A DNA stretch of 64,000 nucleotides from Octopus sinensis (Eukaryota). This document shows positions 36,622 to 48,867 of this stretch, in pieces. Location of the stretch: assembly GCF_006345805.1 (NCBI RefSeq), contig NC_043021.1, positions 5,022,001 to 5,086,000 of the forward strand, given 5' to 3'. The translations under genes and the position numbers were made by a program. Below the pieces are notes generated by a model. The model searched no databases, had not been told where the DNA came from, and was given only the letters and a program-made list of their open reading frames with translations. Numbering within the stretch: the stretch's first letter is position 1; each line of letters starts with the position of its first letter.

Positions 36622-37370
36622 GTGCCATCTGATTCCACAACTCCCCAAACCATCACCTGAGCAGGATGCTTTGTTCTGAAGACTCCCTTGACTTGAGATG
36701 GTAATTCAGCTATAAACTGATCATTTCATCTGTTCACATCAGCTTCCACAGTGAAGATTTTCTCATCAGAAAATATTTTCACAGTGAATCCAGATCTTTT
36801 GAGGAAAAGCAACTTTCTTTTTCTCCTTTCAAGCCTCTTGGCTGTCATTGAATCGGTCAGGAGGTGTCTTGGAGTTCACACAAAGGATTGCAGGCCTAAA
36901 TCACACTGAACAGCATTTCTTAGTCTTGGCATCAATTTTCATGTCAATTGCCAGCTTCCTCATGAATGTGGTTGAATCCTTCAAAATTTTGGATTTGAAG
37001 GCCTTCAGGAACGCTGGATCTCAATTTTCATTGGTTTCTCTAGTGCCTTGCTTCCTCTGAATGCTTCTACTGAGTTCAAATTCCGCCAAGGTCGACTTTG
37101 CCTTTCAACGTTTTGGGGTCGATTAAATAAGTACCAGTTACGCACTGGGGTCAATATAATCGACTTAACCCATTTGTCTGTCCTTGTTTGTCCTCTCTGT
37201 GTTTAGCCCCTTGTGGGTAGTAAAGAAATGGATGTTATCCAAAACAATTCTTGACATTGTAAATTGTGCTTAATGACACATTGACCAATTTGCTTGATGT
37301 TAATTCCTGCACGGAGCAAATCAGCAACGTATTGTCTCTTTGCTTCTTGAGGTGATATAGTTGGGTTCAT
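36622..37370 (-). pseudogene. Decayed Tc1/mariner (maT/DD37D-like) transposase, split by a SINE-B
   Basis: N-terminus MNPTISPQEAKRQYVADLLRAGINIKQI from the ATG at 37370; catalytic region KIFSDEKIFTVEADVNR*NDQFIA...FRTKHPAQVMVWGVVESDG; in-frame stops. Confidence 0.85.
37070..37229 (+). mobile_element. SINE-B, 5'-truncated
   Basis: Family match inside the transposase remnant. Confidence 0.85.
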
Positions 37371-37637
37371 ACATAGAAAAGCAAATGATATTGTTACTAT
37401 GAGACCAAAATGCTGAAGATAAGATAAACAAAAATTTGTTATAATAGACCATTGCTACATAAAAAAATAGGGTTTACAAAAAATTCCAAGTTTTACTTCC
37501 CCACTCTTTACACATTATTATTTATAGCTTTATTTGCTTCAAGATACACTGTTCCAAAAAAAAAAAATTATATTTTATTTTTTACATTAGTAGATATTTA
37601 ATGATGATAATAATTTGTTTGTCATTTTACATTTCAG

Positions 37638-38043
37638 AATGGAAAGCCATCATTAAGTTTGAAACTTTCTGAAAATCCCTACCTCAATAAAAAACAACAC
37701 TTCTGGTTACTAAATGGTGATGCTAAGCCAGTGAATAGTGTGAATGCAAGCAATAGCTTGGTATGGGACAGCGACTGTCTTGAAATGTCCACTTATGGCA
37801 CGGAGACAGTGTCTCCGTCAAGGAAGAAAATGCTACCAATGGCTGATTATTGCCTTTCTGAGGCTGAAGGTCTCAATTACCCTTTACTGAGGGACATGTC
37901 AAGCTCCAGTTGCGTTGATGCTGATGGTTTATCCGGTGCTTACCCCGTTGATCTGGATGGTGGCGTGTTGAGTCTAGAGTCAGAAACTGCTGCTGATAAG
38001 AATAAAACAGCCGATAAGAAGTCCAAAGGGAAACGGAAAAGGA
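37638..38043 (+). CDS. Internal coding exon of an unidentified host gene (135 codons + 1 nt; Ser/Asp-rich with a basic NLS-like end)
   Basis: ttttacatttcag acceptor, GTAAGT donor at 38044; 406 nt open in one frame; unique, higher-GC, coding-like codon use; NGKPSLSLKLSENPYL...DKKSKGKRKR. Confidence 0.75.
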
Positions 38044-38201
38044 GTAAGTATTCGTTTTTAAGAGTGTTTGTGTCTGTGTGCCTTCACATTCAATCATTTG
38101 TACATGTATTTGTAGCTCTGTAGTAATTATGAGCTCGTGGGTGGTAAAGAAGCATACTTTGCAACTATGTGGTCTTGAGTTCAGTCCCGCTTTTTGGCAC
38201 C

Positions 38202-38645
38202 TTAACCCTTTCGTTACAGTATTTATTTTGAGATGCTCTGTGTTTCTTTCAATTACTTTAAATATAACAAAGAATTTAGTAAAATAACCCTTTAGTGTTT
38301 AAACCGGCCAAATCCAGCCCAATATATCCTATCCTACATGTTTTATATTCAAACTGGCGATATCTAGCCTCTTACTCCTAACCTACAATGCCATTCTGAA
38401 AATAAACAATCACATCATTGAAACCTCAAAGCTATAAGATAATGCATGATTAATTCAAAACAATTTGAGTGAAAAAGTATTACATTTAACAGAGTATTCT
38501 GAACACTAAAGGGTTAAGCTAGTGTTAGGAACATAAATTGCGACTAAGGTTTGGTGGGAAATTTTAATTCAAAACTTATGAAAACAAGACATTTGTACTA
38601 CAGGGCCAGAACCGGTTTCAGCCGGATTGGTAACGAAAGGGTTAA
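38202..38645. mobile_element. MITE-E containing an inverted MITE-D, itself inserted in a SINE head
   Basis: TTAA-CCCTTTCGTTAC ... GTAACGAAAGGG-TTAA; host SINE reads ggcacc|...|gcaagtg. Confidence 0.9.
38284..38517. mobile_element. MITE-D, reverse orientation, nested in MITE-E
   Basis: ccctttagtgtttaaaccggcc ... gaacactaaaggg-ttaa. Confidence 0.85.
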
Positions 38646-40037
38646 GCAAGTGTTTTCTACTATAGTCTCAGACCAAAATACTCAAGCTCTACACAGCCCT
38701 GTGGTTTGCCAGATCCTATCAAACTGTGTAGCTCATGCTAGTTGGAGAACAGGCATTGAATGACGATGCTTATGATGACATGAATGTGTATGTGTGTACC
38801 TTTGTCTTGGCTGCTTGTGATGTTTGTAAACAGCCTTTTAATGACAGGTGTAGGAATCAGAACAATTAAATGAACTGAACAAGACAAAAAAATAAACCTA
38901 GTGTGTATACACACAGATACATTATCATCATCAAATGTCATCTAACATCCACTTTTCCATGCTTGCATGGTTCGGATAGATTTTATTGAAGCAGACTTTT
39001 CCTTGGCCGAATGTCCTTCCTGTCACCAACTTTCACCTGTTTTCAAAGTAGCATTTTTCTCCATTGTCAGACATGGTCTTCTTAGAAGACTGGGAATGAG
39101 CAACATAGCTTGTATTACAGCAAACTACAAGCTCAGTATGTGGGTGACCAGAGGCAGGGTGAGGGCAGGCTGTGCTTGTCAAGTAACAAGCAGGTACAGC
39201 TCTTCATTTTTCTTCAGATCAAAAACCATGTTCCGTGTGTAACGATTATACACGGCCATGAGATTACCAGTAATAACAATAAAACATGCATAGAATTAGT
39301 GAAGCTAATTGGATTGGTGGATTAAATTATAAGTTTAGATCTATCGATAAATGTAGTGTGAATTATCTATCATCAACAGGATTTCAGCTAAGACATCAAC
39401 CAATAGAAATTTCATTATTGAAAACAAATATATGAATTGTATGTTTTTCTGTTTTTTCTGTGTTTTTGTTTTTTTTTGTAATGAGCATCATTTAATGCTT
39501 TCATCATCATCATCACTGTTGTCATTGTTTTAACATCTGCTTTTCTATGCTTGCATGGATTAGACGGGATGCATTGAAGCAAGATTTTCAATAGTCAGAT
39601 GCCTTTTCTGTCATTAACCTTCACCTGCCTTACAAGCAAGGTAATATTTCCCAATGATCAGACATATTATCACGGAGGATTGGAAACAAATGACACTGCT
39701 TGTATGACAGTGATACTCGTTTACAACTACCACATGATGTTACGATTAGGCACAAATGCAAACATATTCACATATGATAGACTTCTTTTTCCATTTTCAT
39801 CTATGAAATCTACTCACAAAGCCTTGTGAGTGGATTTGGTACAGGGCTATCGTAGAAGACTACCTGGAACCATGTGGTTGGAAGGAAAAGTTCTTTAGCA
39901 CACAACTGTACAAAATGAATAGTAGGGAGATGGCAAAACTTTAACAGTATGTGCATTACAAGCCAATGGCTAGAGCCTCTGTGTATTGCTTATACTGCTA
40001 AGAACAACAGCCAAATCTCAAATCCTATTCTATTACC

Positions 40038-40193
40038 TTAAGTTAAGTTAGTTAAGTTAATTTTTTGGCTCAAAAAGCAAAAATCAAGGCCATGTAGGGG
40101 GACATGGAGTTATGTACAGGGAGGGTGTTCATGCAAAGAGTTCAGACCAATTCTGGTCAAGAGAGACTTTGAACCGAGCGGTTGTCGGCATCT
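40038..40193 (-). mobile_element. CR1 3' end, second copy
   Basis: Reverse complement nearly identical to ~1987-2133, including the (TTAAC)n tail. Confidence 0.9.
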
Positions 40194-40528
40194 GCGTTGG
40201 ATATTCTGATCATAGATATATTGTTTGACAAAAAAAAAAAAGAAGAATAAACAAGAACTGATGGTTACAACAGGAACATCAGTTCATCATGGATCTGGTT
40301 CATTGGGGTTGGGGGCTGGCTTGAGGTTTATAGCCGACCTGCAAGAAATAGCTAAGTCAATAGCTAGCTGTGTGGTAAGAAGTTTGCTTCTCAACCACTT
40401 TTCTTGGTTCAGTCCAGCTGTGTGGCACCTTGGGCAGGTGTCTTCTACTACAGACCTGGGCCAACCAGAATGGATTTAGTTGACAGAAACTGAAAGCAGC
40501 CCATATATATATATATATATATATATAT

Positions 40529-40833
40529 CGTCATCATCATCATCATTTAGCGTCCGCTTTCCACGCTAGCATGGGTTGGGCGGTTCAACTGGGGTCTGGG
40601 AAGCCAGAAGGCTGCACCAGGCCCAGTCGGATCTGGCAATGTTTCTACGGCTGGATTAACGCCAACCACTCCATGAGTGTAGTGGGTGCTTTTTACGTGC
40701 CACCGGCACAGGTGCCAGACGAGGCTGGCAAACGCCCACGATCGGATGGTGCATTTTACATGCCACCGGCACGGGGGCCAGGCGAAGCTGGCAACAGCCA
40801 CGAACGGATGGTGCTTTTTACATGCCACCGGCA
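40529..40833 (-). mobile_element. Retroposon-C
   Basis: (CAT)n, common body and about 3 internal units. Confidence 0.85.
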
Positions 40834-41622
40834 TATATATATATAATGGTTTAGGTGAGGCAAATAGGAACTTAGAACCCAAAACATGAGTATATATATG
40901 ATTTTGTTTAATTACACACACGTGTGTTTGTGTGTGTATGTGCACTTGTTTTACCGTTTCCTTACCTTGGCATCGTGTGATAGTTGGAAGTAAGTATTAC
41001 TGTTGTACAAGCAGTGTCCTTCATTTCAAACCTTCCATGGAAACATGTCTGATCATGGTGAAACATTACCTTTTTGGAATCAGATGAGTGTTGACAACAG
41101 GAAAGGTATTTGGCAGTAGAAAATCTGCCTCAAGAAATTTCATCCAACTTGTGCCAGCATCGAAAGGTGGATTTTAAAACAATGATGGTAGTGGTGGTGG
41201 CCACATGTAAGTTGGCACCAGGAGGCTTAAAAGTAGCAATGATCATTAGAATTATCAAAATATGTAAGTGTAAAATAGTTGAAGACTCACTATTTTTTGG
41301 CACGGGAAGTATAGAATTCTGATTTATCTGCAGACTCTACACCAGCACCACTCAAACTTTCTGTGGTATCTCTGTTTCTTCCTGTTTATAAACAATAACA
41401 ATTCTGTTGATTGTGGTAAACACCAGATATTTCTATTTCCTTCTTTTTTGTCTATTATAAAATGTTCAGACATCTACATCCATTTTTTTTTTTTTTTTGG
41501 TTCTATTGGCCTCATCTTCAGTTATTGTTTCAATCAATTTCAATGTTTCCTTGATGAGTCAGGACACCTGATGATGATCAGAGATCAATCCAGTCGAAAT
41601 ATAATCTGCTCATAAATATGAA

Positions 41623-42015
41623 TCTCTCTCTCTATATCTTTATATATAAAAGTGAGGTTGTGTGCTGTCTGTCTCCTACGATTTAGACTTCTAACTACTC
41701 CCACATTTTGCGGTGCAGTTTAACCAAAACTGGGTATCTTATAGTCGTGATTCATATCGAGCCCTTCTGGGTATTAGCGCGCATCTACGATGAGTCTACA
41801 ATTTAAAAAAAAAATTTACCATCAATTTTCCCCATTTTTAATGCATTTTTGGCATATATAAGGGAAGTAACTCTCTAAAAATTTATTATTAAATCTCAGA
41901 ACGTAAAAAGCTACAGTAACACCCCCATCCTTTGTGGTTAGCCATATTGAGATGGCTATTATACTTTACATCTCTAAAAATGCTTATATAGTTATTTCCC
42001 GGGCGATACTGCTAG
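41623..42015 (+). mobile_element. Non-autonomous Helitron-like element
   Basis: A|TC...tatatataaaagtgagg..tgtctgtct 5' end; 3' end cccgggcgatactgCTAG|t; no TIR or TSD. Confidence 0.65.
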
Positions 42016-42360
42016 TATATATATAAACGGCAAAATATCTGTCTGTGCGCGTGTGTGTGTCCTTTATACAAATCCACAATTTTTCAGTTAGAGGGCTTGC
42101 ACTTTCTATGGTCATTCAAAACCGTCCAAGGGTGGTCGTGCACATCTTTACATTTCCCCAGTCACCCCGCAAAGCCATAAAAAAATCAATAGAAGTGACT
42201 TTTTCGTGAATTTTCTATCCAAAACCCAATCAAAATGCCCGAAACTTGATACGCCAATTGAATGGCAGCTAGCTGTATGTGATTGGTTGGAGATTTGGAC
42301 AGTACTTGCGTGTATGTGCGCACGCACGCAGCTGTATATGCATGCACTAGCACTATGACC
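42016..42360 (+). mobile_element. Second Helitron-like 5' segment abutting the first
   Basis: tatatatataaacggcaaaatatctgtctgtgcgcgtgtgt begins immediately after the CTAG; no 3' end found. Confidence 0.45.
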
Positions 42361-42442
42361 TGGCGTTGATTTATCTACAGTTTACTTAGCTCATCTCCTG
42401 TTCTCAGGAGCTTACCACTGAAGCACAGGGCTTATTCAACCC

Positions 42443-42911
42443 TTAACCCTTTAGCATTTAGATTCTTCTGTTAAATGTAATGCTTATTTATCCATATTGT
42501 TTTGAATTCGTCATGCATTCTTGTGGCTTTGAGATTTCAATAATGTGACTTTATTTTTAGAATGACCTTGTATGAAAGGTGTGTGAGGCTGGATCTGTCC
42601 AGTTTGGACATAAAACAGAATATGTGGGGTGGATACAGCCGGTTTAAATGTTATATATATTTCTTTACTACCCACAAGGGGCTAAACATAGAGGGGACAA
42701 ACAAAGACAGACAAAGGGATTAAGTCGATTACATCGATCTCAGTGCGAAACTGGTACTTAATTTATCGACCCCGAAAGGATGAAAGGCAAAGTCGACCTC
42801 AGCGGAATTTGAACTCAGAACGTAACGATAGACGAAATACGGCTACGCATTTCGTCCGGCGTGCTAACATTTCTGCCAGCTCACCGCCCTTTTTAAATGT
42901 TATATAGTTAA
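42443..42911. mobile_element. MITE-D with a SINE-B in its right end
   Basis: TTAA-CCCTTTAGCATT start; D body; right end resumes after the SINE as ...gttaa. Confidence 0.8.
42658..42890 (-). mobile_element. SINE-B with 15-bp TSD
   Basis: tttaaatgttatata at 42643-42657 and 42892-42906. Confidence 0.95.
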
Positions 42912-43915
42912 GCAGGGGGACTGCTTGATGTGATATCGGGTCATATTCACACACCAGTGGGCTGTTTGACATATATCTAAGGGCCAGCTTCCTACTGAGT
43001 CCTGTATGTCTTAGCCACAGAACCTTCTGCTGTTTGACCCCAAACTGAGGCCCTTGACAGGGGCTAACACCCTGGGCCAGAGTAAACCTGGAAGTAGTGA
43101 TAACTGAGAGGCAACTCCATACTTCCCTAAACTATTGAACTCCCAAACTGGAGCCTTACCACCAGTTGCAGTTTAATGTCTCACCCAGAATATTATAACG
43201 AGTAATATTTCTTTAACCTAGAAATTGCGGGGCTGCAGCTCAGTTTGGCGAGTGTGATAAACACACTTTCTATTTCCTTCAAACGGTTTTCTTCTTTTGC
43301 TTTCTTTTAATAGGGGATAGATTAAGCTGAGTAAAAACTGAAGTTGTTATTTTTGAAATCTATATCTTTTTTGAGGCTTTTAATAATTACAATCCTTTCT
43401 ATTTAAATTTTTGCAAATAAATAATTAAACGAACGTGTGTGTATGTATATACATACACACACACACGCAACCCAGACATTTTGTTAATATGATACGAAAG
43501 GAAATGAAAGTTTCTCAGAAGAGACAGTTACGCTAACGAGTTAACTGATTAAATATTTTAAAAGAAAAAAACTTAGAATTCTGGGGAAAATTAGCACTTA
43601 GTATCAAGTTGACTTCAAATATCCTGTATTAGTCTCTTATTAGTCTCTTAGTATCATTATGTTGTAACATTAAAGTTTTGTGTTTCATAAGTTTATATAC
43701 AAGTTTTTATATATAGTTTTTCTTTTTGATCTCTCGCTTGCTTTAGTCATTAGACTGCAGCCTTGTTGGGGCAATGCCTTGAAGAGTTTTAGTCAAACAA
43801 ATTGACCCCAGTACTTAATTCCTTTTTCAAATCTGGTACTTATTTTATCAGTCAGTTTTGCTGAACCTCTACATTATGGGGAGGCATAAACAAACCAGTT
43901 ATGAAGTGGTGGACT

Positions 43916-43947
<32 letters not shown>

Positions 43948-44255
43948 TATAAAAGACAGGCTTCTTTCTTTTCTGTCTACTAAATGCACTCAAAAGGGTT
44001 TGGTCAGCTGAAGGCTGTATAGTTGAAGGCACTTGCCCAAGGTGTAATGCAGTGGGTCAGAACTTGGAGCCATGTTTGGGAGGCAAGCTTGTTACCACTT
44101 GTATGTATATGTTTATAGACAGCCAAATAGACATTACTGAAATTTGCTAACTTCAGTCCAGTAGAAGTTAAAATTTTTGTCTGTCACCTATGCTTCAAAC
44201 CATGTAGAACTGCGGCAGGGACTGAATAGTCATCTGAGACATCAGTATCAACCGA

Positions 44256-44593
44256 AGTCCCACTGCGTGGCATCTTGGGCAAGTGTCTTCTGCTATGGCC
44301 CCGGGCCAACCAATGCCTTGTGAGTGGATTTGGCAGACGGAAACTGAAAGAAGCCTGTCGTATATATGTATATATATATATGTGTGTGTATTTGTGTGTC
44401 TGTGTTTGTCCCCCTAGCATTGCTTGACAACCGATGCTGGTGTGTTTACGTCCCCGTCACTTAGCGGTTCGGCAAAAGAGACCAATAGAATAAGTACTGG
44501 GCTTACAAAGAATAAGTCCTGGGGTCGATTTGCTCGTCTAAAAGCGGTGCTCCAGCATGGCCGCAGTCAAATGACTGAAACAAGTAAAGAGTA
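44256..44593 (+). mobile_element. SINE-A, 5'-truncated
   Basis: Starts at agtcccactgcgtggc; runs to the tail. Confidence 0.9.
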
Positions 44594-45596
44594 TATATAT
44601 ATATATATATATATATATTCTTTTATTGGTTCCAGTCATTTGACTGTGGCTATATTGTAACACTTTTAGTTGAAGAAATCTACACCAGGACTTATTTTTT
44701 AAGCCTAGTATTTTTTCTATTGATTTCTTTTGTTGAACTGCTAAGTTACAGGGACATCAAGCAGTGATGGTGGGGGGACAAATACACGTGCACACGCATA
44801 CACACGTTGGACTTCTTTCATTTTCCGTCTCCCAAATTCACTGAAGGTTTTGGTCAGCTTGAGGTTGTAGTAAATATATATATATACATCTTTTATCTTT
44901 TACTTGTTTCAGTCATTGGTCTGTCACCATGCTGGAGCACTATCTTGAGGATTTAATCATACAAATCAACTCCAGCACTCTCTTTTCAAAAACTGCTACT
45001 TACTCCCTTGGTCTCTTTTCTCAAACTGCTAAAGCTATGTTGTCAAGTGATGGTAAGGGACATAGGGATACACACATGACCAGCTTTTTTTTCAGTTTCC
45101 ACCTAACTTACCCAAAGTGCCATGTAATGGGACTGAACCCAAAACCACACAGCTGAGAAGCAAAGTTCTTAACCACACAGCCACGCCTGCTCCTAGTATA
45201 AATCAAAGATATCTATCATAGATGCGAACCGAAGAATTTAAGAGGAGGGAAAATACTACCGATTAAATTGACATCAGTACGTGCCGGATACTTCTTTTAT
45301 CTCCGCCCACCTACTTTAGGAAGATGAAAGGCAAGCATTAAGTTGCGATGGGAATGGAGTGGGGTGAAATTCAGAACATCAAGGGGTGCAGTTAATACCA
45401 CCAGGCATTGTAGTCCCTGCTGTCATGTGATTATGATATAGTTTCTAGTAAAAAAAATCTTCCGTGGGGTGTGTGGGGTGGATAATGCTGTTCGTCTCTT
45501 CTAACATGACGAAATAACCCAAAAGACACGTGTGTGTGTGTGCGTGTGTGTGCATACTTATTGCACACATATACATACACATGCATGTACTCACAT

Positions 45597-45633
<37 letters not shown>

Positions 45634-45730
45634 TGCGTGTGTGTTCTGTGCTATTTTCGTTGCTTTTCTTCCTTTCTTTTTATTCTGTTGGAGAGGTTAT
45701 TCCTCTCAGTTCTATGAAAGAAAGCAAGCA

Positions 45731-45818
45731 AATAATAACACTAATAATAATAATAATGATGATGATAATAATACTAATAATAATAATGATGATAATAATA
45801 CTAATAATAATAATGATG

Positions 45819-45854
<36 letters not shown>
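45731..45854. repeat. (AAT)n/(GAT)n compound microsatellite
   Basis: Direct reading. Confidence 0.9.
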
Positions 45855-46144
45855 GGAAATGATTCAAAATAAAATAAATAAAAGAAGAACTTGATCTGAA
45901 TAATTGCCAGAGAACACAGCATGTGATTCTATCAATAGCCGCCAACTCTAGAAACGTTTGTCAAATACCTCAGTGCTTATGTAAAGCTTGGAGTCAGATT
46001 GAAATGAATTTGTGTTTGTTCTTTGCTTTACTTATTTTTAAATGTTCTTTTATTAGTTCTAGTCGTTTGGATTGTGGCCATGCTGGAACACAAAATGCAA
46101 GGGTTTTTTTATTTTTATTCTTTGTAGTGGTATTTTTAGGGGTT

Positions 46145-46541
46145 TACTCTTACTCTTTACTCTTTTACTTGTTTCAGTCATGCTGGAGCACCGCCTTTTA
46201 GTAGAGCAAATCGACCCCGGGACTTATTCTTTGTAAGCCCAGTACTTATTCTATCGGGCTATTTTGCCGAACCGCTAAGTAACGGGGACATAAACACACC
46301 AGCATCGGTTGTCAAGCAATGCTAGGGGGACAAACACAGACACACAAACATATACATACACATATATATATATACATATATACGACAGGCTTCTTTCAGT
46401 TTCCGTCTACCAAATCCACTCACAAGGCTTTGGTCGGCCCGGGGCTATAGTAGAAGACACTTGCCCAAGATGCCACGCAGTGGGACTGAACCGGAACCAT
46501 GTGGTTGGTTAGCAAGCTACTTACCACACAGCCACTCCTGC
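46145..46541 (-). mobile_element. SINE-A
   Basis: Family match. Confidence 0.9.
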
Positions 46542-46711
46542 ACCTTTCTTTTTTTCTTTTATTTTCTTGCGGTTGATGATAGATATCAACTTATTCTTAT
46601 CTTTGTCTTATTTATTGCTTTCTATCTCTCGTTCTTTTACAAGTTCCAGCGTGAGGACTGTGGCCATGTGCCTGGCCATTGTAGTGACCAGCAGTAGGGT
46701 TTTAGTTGTAT

Positions 46712-46866
46712 GAGTGGCTGTGTGGTAAGTAGCTTGCTTACCAACCACATGGTTCCGGGTTTAGTCCCACTGCGTGGCACCTTGGGCAAGTGTCTTCTAC
46801 TATAGCCTCGGGCCGACCAAAGCCTTGTGAGTGGATTTGGTAGGCGGAAACTGAAAGAAGCCCGTC
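46712..46866 (+). mobile_element. SINE-A 5' half
   Basis: Head through gaagcccgtc, ending at the microsatellite. Confidence 0.9.
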
Positions 46867-46926
46867 ATGTATATGTATATATATATAGGCGCAGGAGTGG
46901 CTGTTTGGTATATATATATATATATA

Positions 46927-47063
46927 TACGACAGGCTTCTTTCAGTTTCCGTCTACCAAATCCACTCACAAGGCTTTGGTCAGCCCGAGACTATAGTAGA
47001 AGACACTTGCCAAAGGTGCCACGCAGTGGGACTGAACCCGGAACCATGTGGTTGGTAAACAAG
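46927..47063 (-). mobile_element. SINE-A 5' half, inverted
   Basis: Reverse complement of ~46729-46866. Confidence 0.9.
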
Positions 47064-47505
47064 TTGCTTTCTTAAGGAGCTGTAGTATTTTTCTTTTTTT
47101 TCTCCAGTTATGAGACAAGATTGTCAAAGATCCCATGTGGATGATTTCACGGCTCTATTCATAGGGTCAGTGAAGATTTGGCTGACATGAGGTTGGCACT
47201 TGGTTAAGGGAACATTAGGAAGCTGTGTGTCAAATGGTGGTATATTTGTGTTAGATTAGGCATTGTTGGACATGACAGCAAATAGGTCATTGCTAAAGGA
47301 AGAAGAGTGTGGGGAAAGAGACCCCCAGCATAAGGGTGTACTACTCCCACATCTGGGTCAGTGGTATTGCACACTGATATTGTAGACTCTGTGCAAAGGA
47401 AAGAGACCACTTGTGTGGTTAGCATGAAATCACGTATGCACACCAACCAATTTCCAGCCCACAAATGTGCTCTCTCCCCTTGCTGGGTTTTCTCCTATTG
47501 GGGGA

Positions 47506-47873
47506 AGCACTCCGTCGGTTACGACGATGAGGGTTCCGGTTGATCCGAATCAACGGAACAGCCTGCTTGTGAAATTAACGTGTAGGTGACTGAGCACTCC
47601 ACAGACACGTGCACCCTTAACGTAGTTCTCTGGGATATTCAGCGTGACACAGAGAGTGACAAGGCCGGCCCTTTGAAATACAGGTACAACAGAAACAGGA
47701 TGTAAGAGTAAGAGAAAGTTGTGGTGAAAGAGTACAGCAGGGATCGCCACCATCCCCTGCCGGAGCCTCGTGGAGCTTCAGGTGTTTTCGCTCAATAAAC
47801 ACTCACAATGCCCGGTCTGGGAATCGAAACCGCGAGTCCGCTGCCCTAACCACTGGGCCATTGCGCCTCCACT
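47506..47873 (-). mobile_element. SINE-R
   Basis: Reverse complement of 33084-33466 with a short deletion between cgcgg repeats; TSD ttctcctatt near 47490 and 47874. Confidence 0.9.
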
Positions 47874-47896
47874 TTCTCCTATTACTACAATAGACA

Positions 47897-48275
47897 CAGG
47901 CATGGCTGTGTAGTAAGAAATTTGCTTCCCAACTACATTGTTCCAGGTTCAATCCCACTGTGTAGTACCTTGGACTAGTTTGTTTCTACCATAACCTCAG
48001 ACCACCCAAAGCAGCGGATTTGGTAGACAGAAACTGAAAGAAGCCCATTTGTGTGTGTGTATGTGTGTGTGTGTGTTCCTGTCTTTGTCATGCAAGCTGT
48101 GTCCTTAGTTCACAATCTTTCATGAAAATCATGTTTGACCATGGAGAAATATTGCCTTGCTTGGAAGCAAGTGAGGGTTGGTGGCAGGAAGGGCATCCAG
48201 CTGTAGAAAATCCACCTCACCCATGCAAGCATACAAAAGTGGACATTAAGACAATGAAGGTGATAACTACAACAA
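47897..48275 (+). mobile_element. Chimeric SINE: A-type head with F-type tail
   Basis: caggcatggctgtg head, (TG)n linker, then ccatggagaaatattgccttgcttggaag...ggaagggcatccagctgtagaaaa. Confidence 0.65.
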
Positions 48276-48444
48276 TGACCTCTGCTTCATAGAGCTGGCT
48301 GGTCAGTTGGTCAGTCTTGTGTCCCCTGGTAATTGTGTTGCTGATGGTGGTTGTTTGGCCCTCCCATCATTTTGTGGAGGCATGTCCCTTTATGGTGAAC
48401 CACTAAATTATCTAATGTATTCTTTCCATATTTAAGGTGGCATT

Positions 48445-48586
48445 GGTCGACTTTGCCTTTCATCCTTTCAGGGGGTCGATTAAATAAGTACCAGTTACGC
48501 ACTGGAGTCCGTGTAATTGACTTAATCTGTTTGTCTGTCCTTGTTTGTCCCCTCTGTGTTTAGCCCCTTGTGGGCAATAAAGAAAT
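48445..48586 (+). mobile_element. SINE-B, 5'-truncated, 16-bp TSD
   Basis: atatttaaggtggcat at 48428-48443 and 48587-48602. Confidence 0.95.
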
Positions 48587-48792
48587 ATATTTAAGGTGGC
48601 ATGCTATTTGTTTGAAGGAAATTTTGCCACCATCTCTAGCAGATCAACCAAACCGAATAGCCTGCTCCCTCAATTGGCTTGCTAATTGATTTCCCACCCC
48701 ACCCCACCCCCACCCTTATTGGTAGCATTTTGTAGTTGTGGTGTGGTATGAAATTTTCTCTCTGCCCCTCACCCAACAGGTCAGTAAAAGGT

Positions 48793-48807
48793 CACCACCA
48801 CCACCAT

Positions 48808-48867
<60 letters not shown>

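Noticed and set aside
41545-41610. CTGATGA...GAAA spacing suggestive of a hammerhead ribozyme (Penelope-type)
   Set aside because: Stem II does not close between the CTGATGA and GAAA boxes and stem I pairing is poor; at best a decayed relic.
43225-43262. gggctgcagctcagtttggcgag, resembling a tRNA A box
   Set aside because: No B box or cloverleaf follows.
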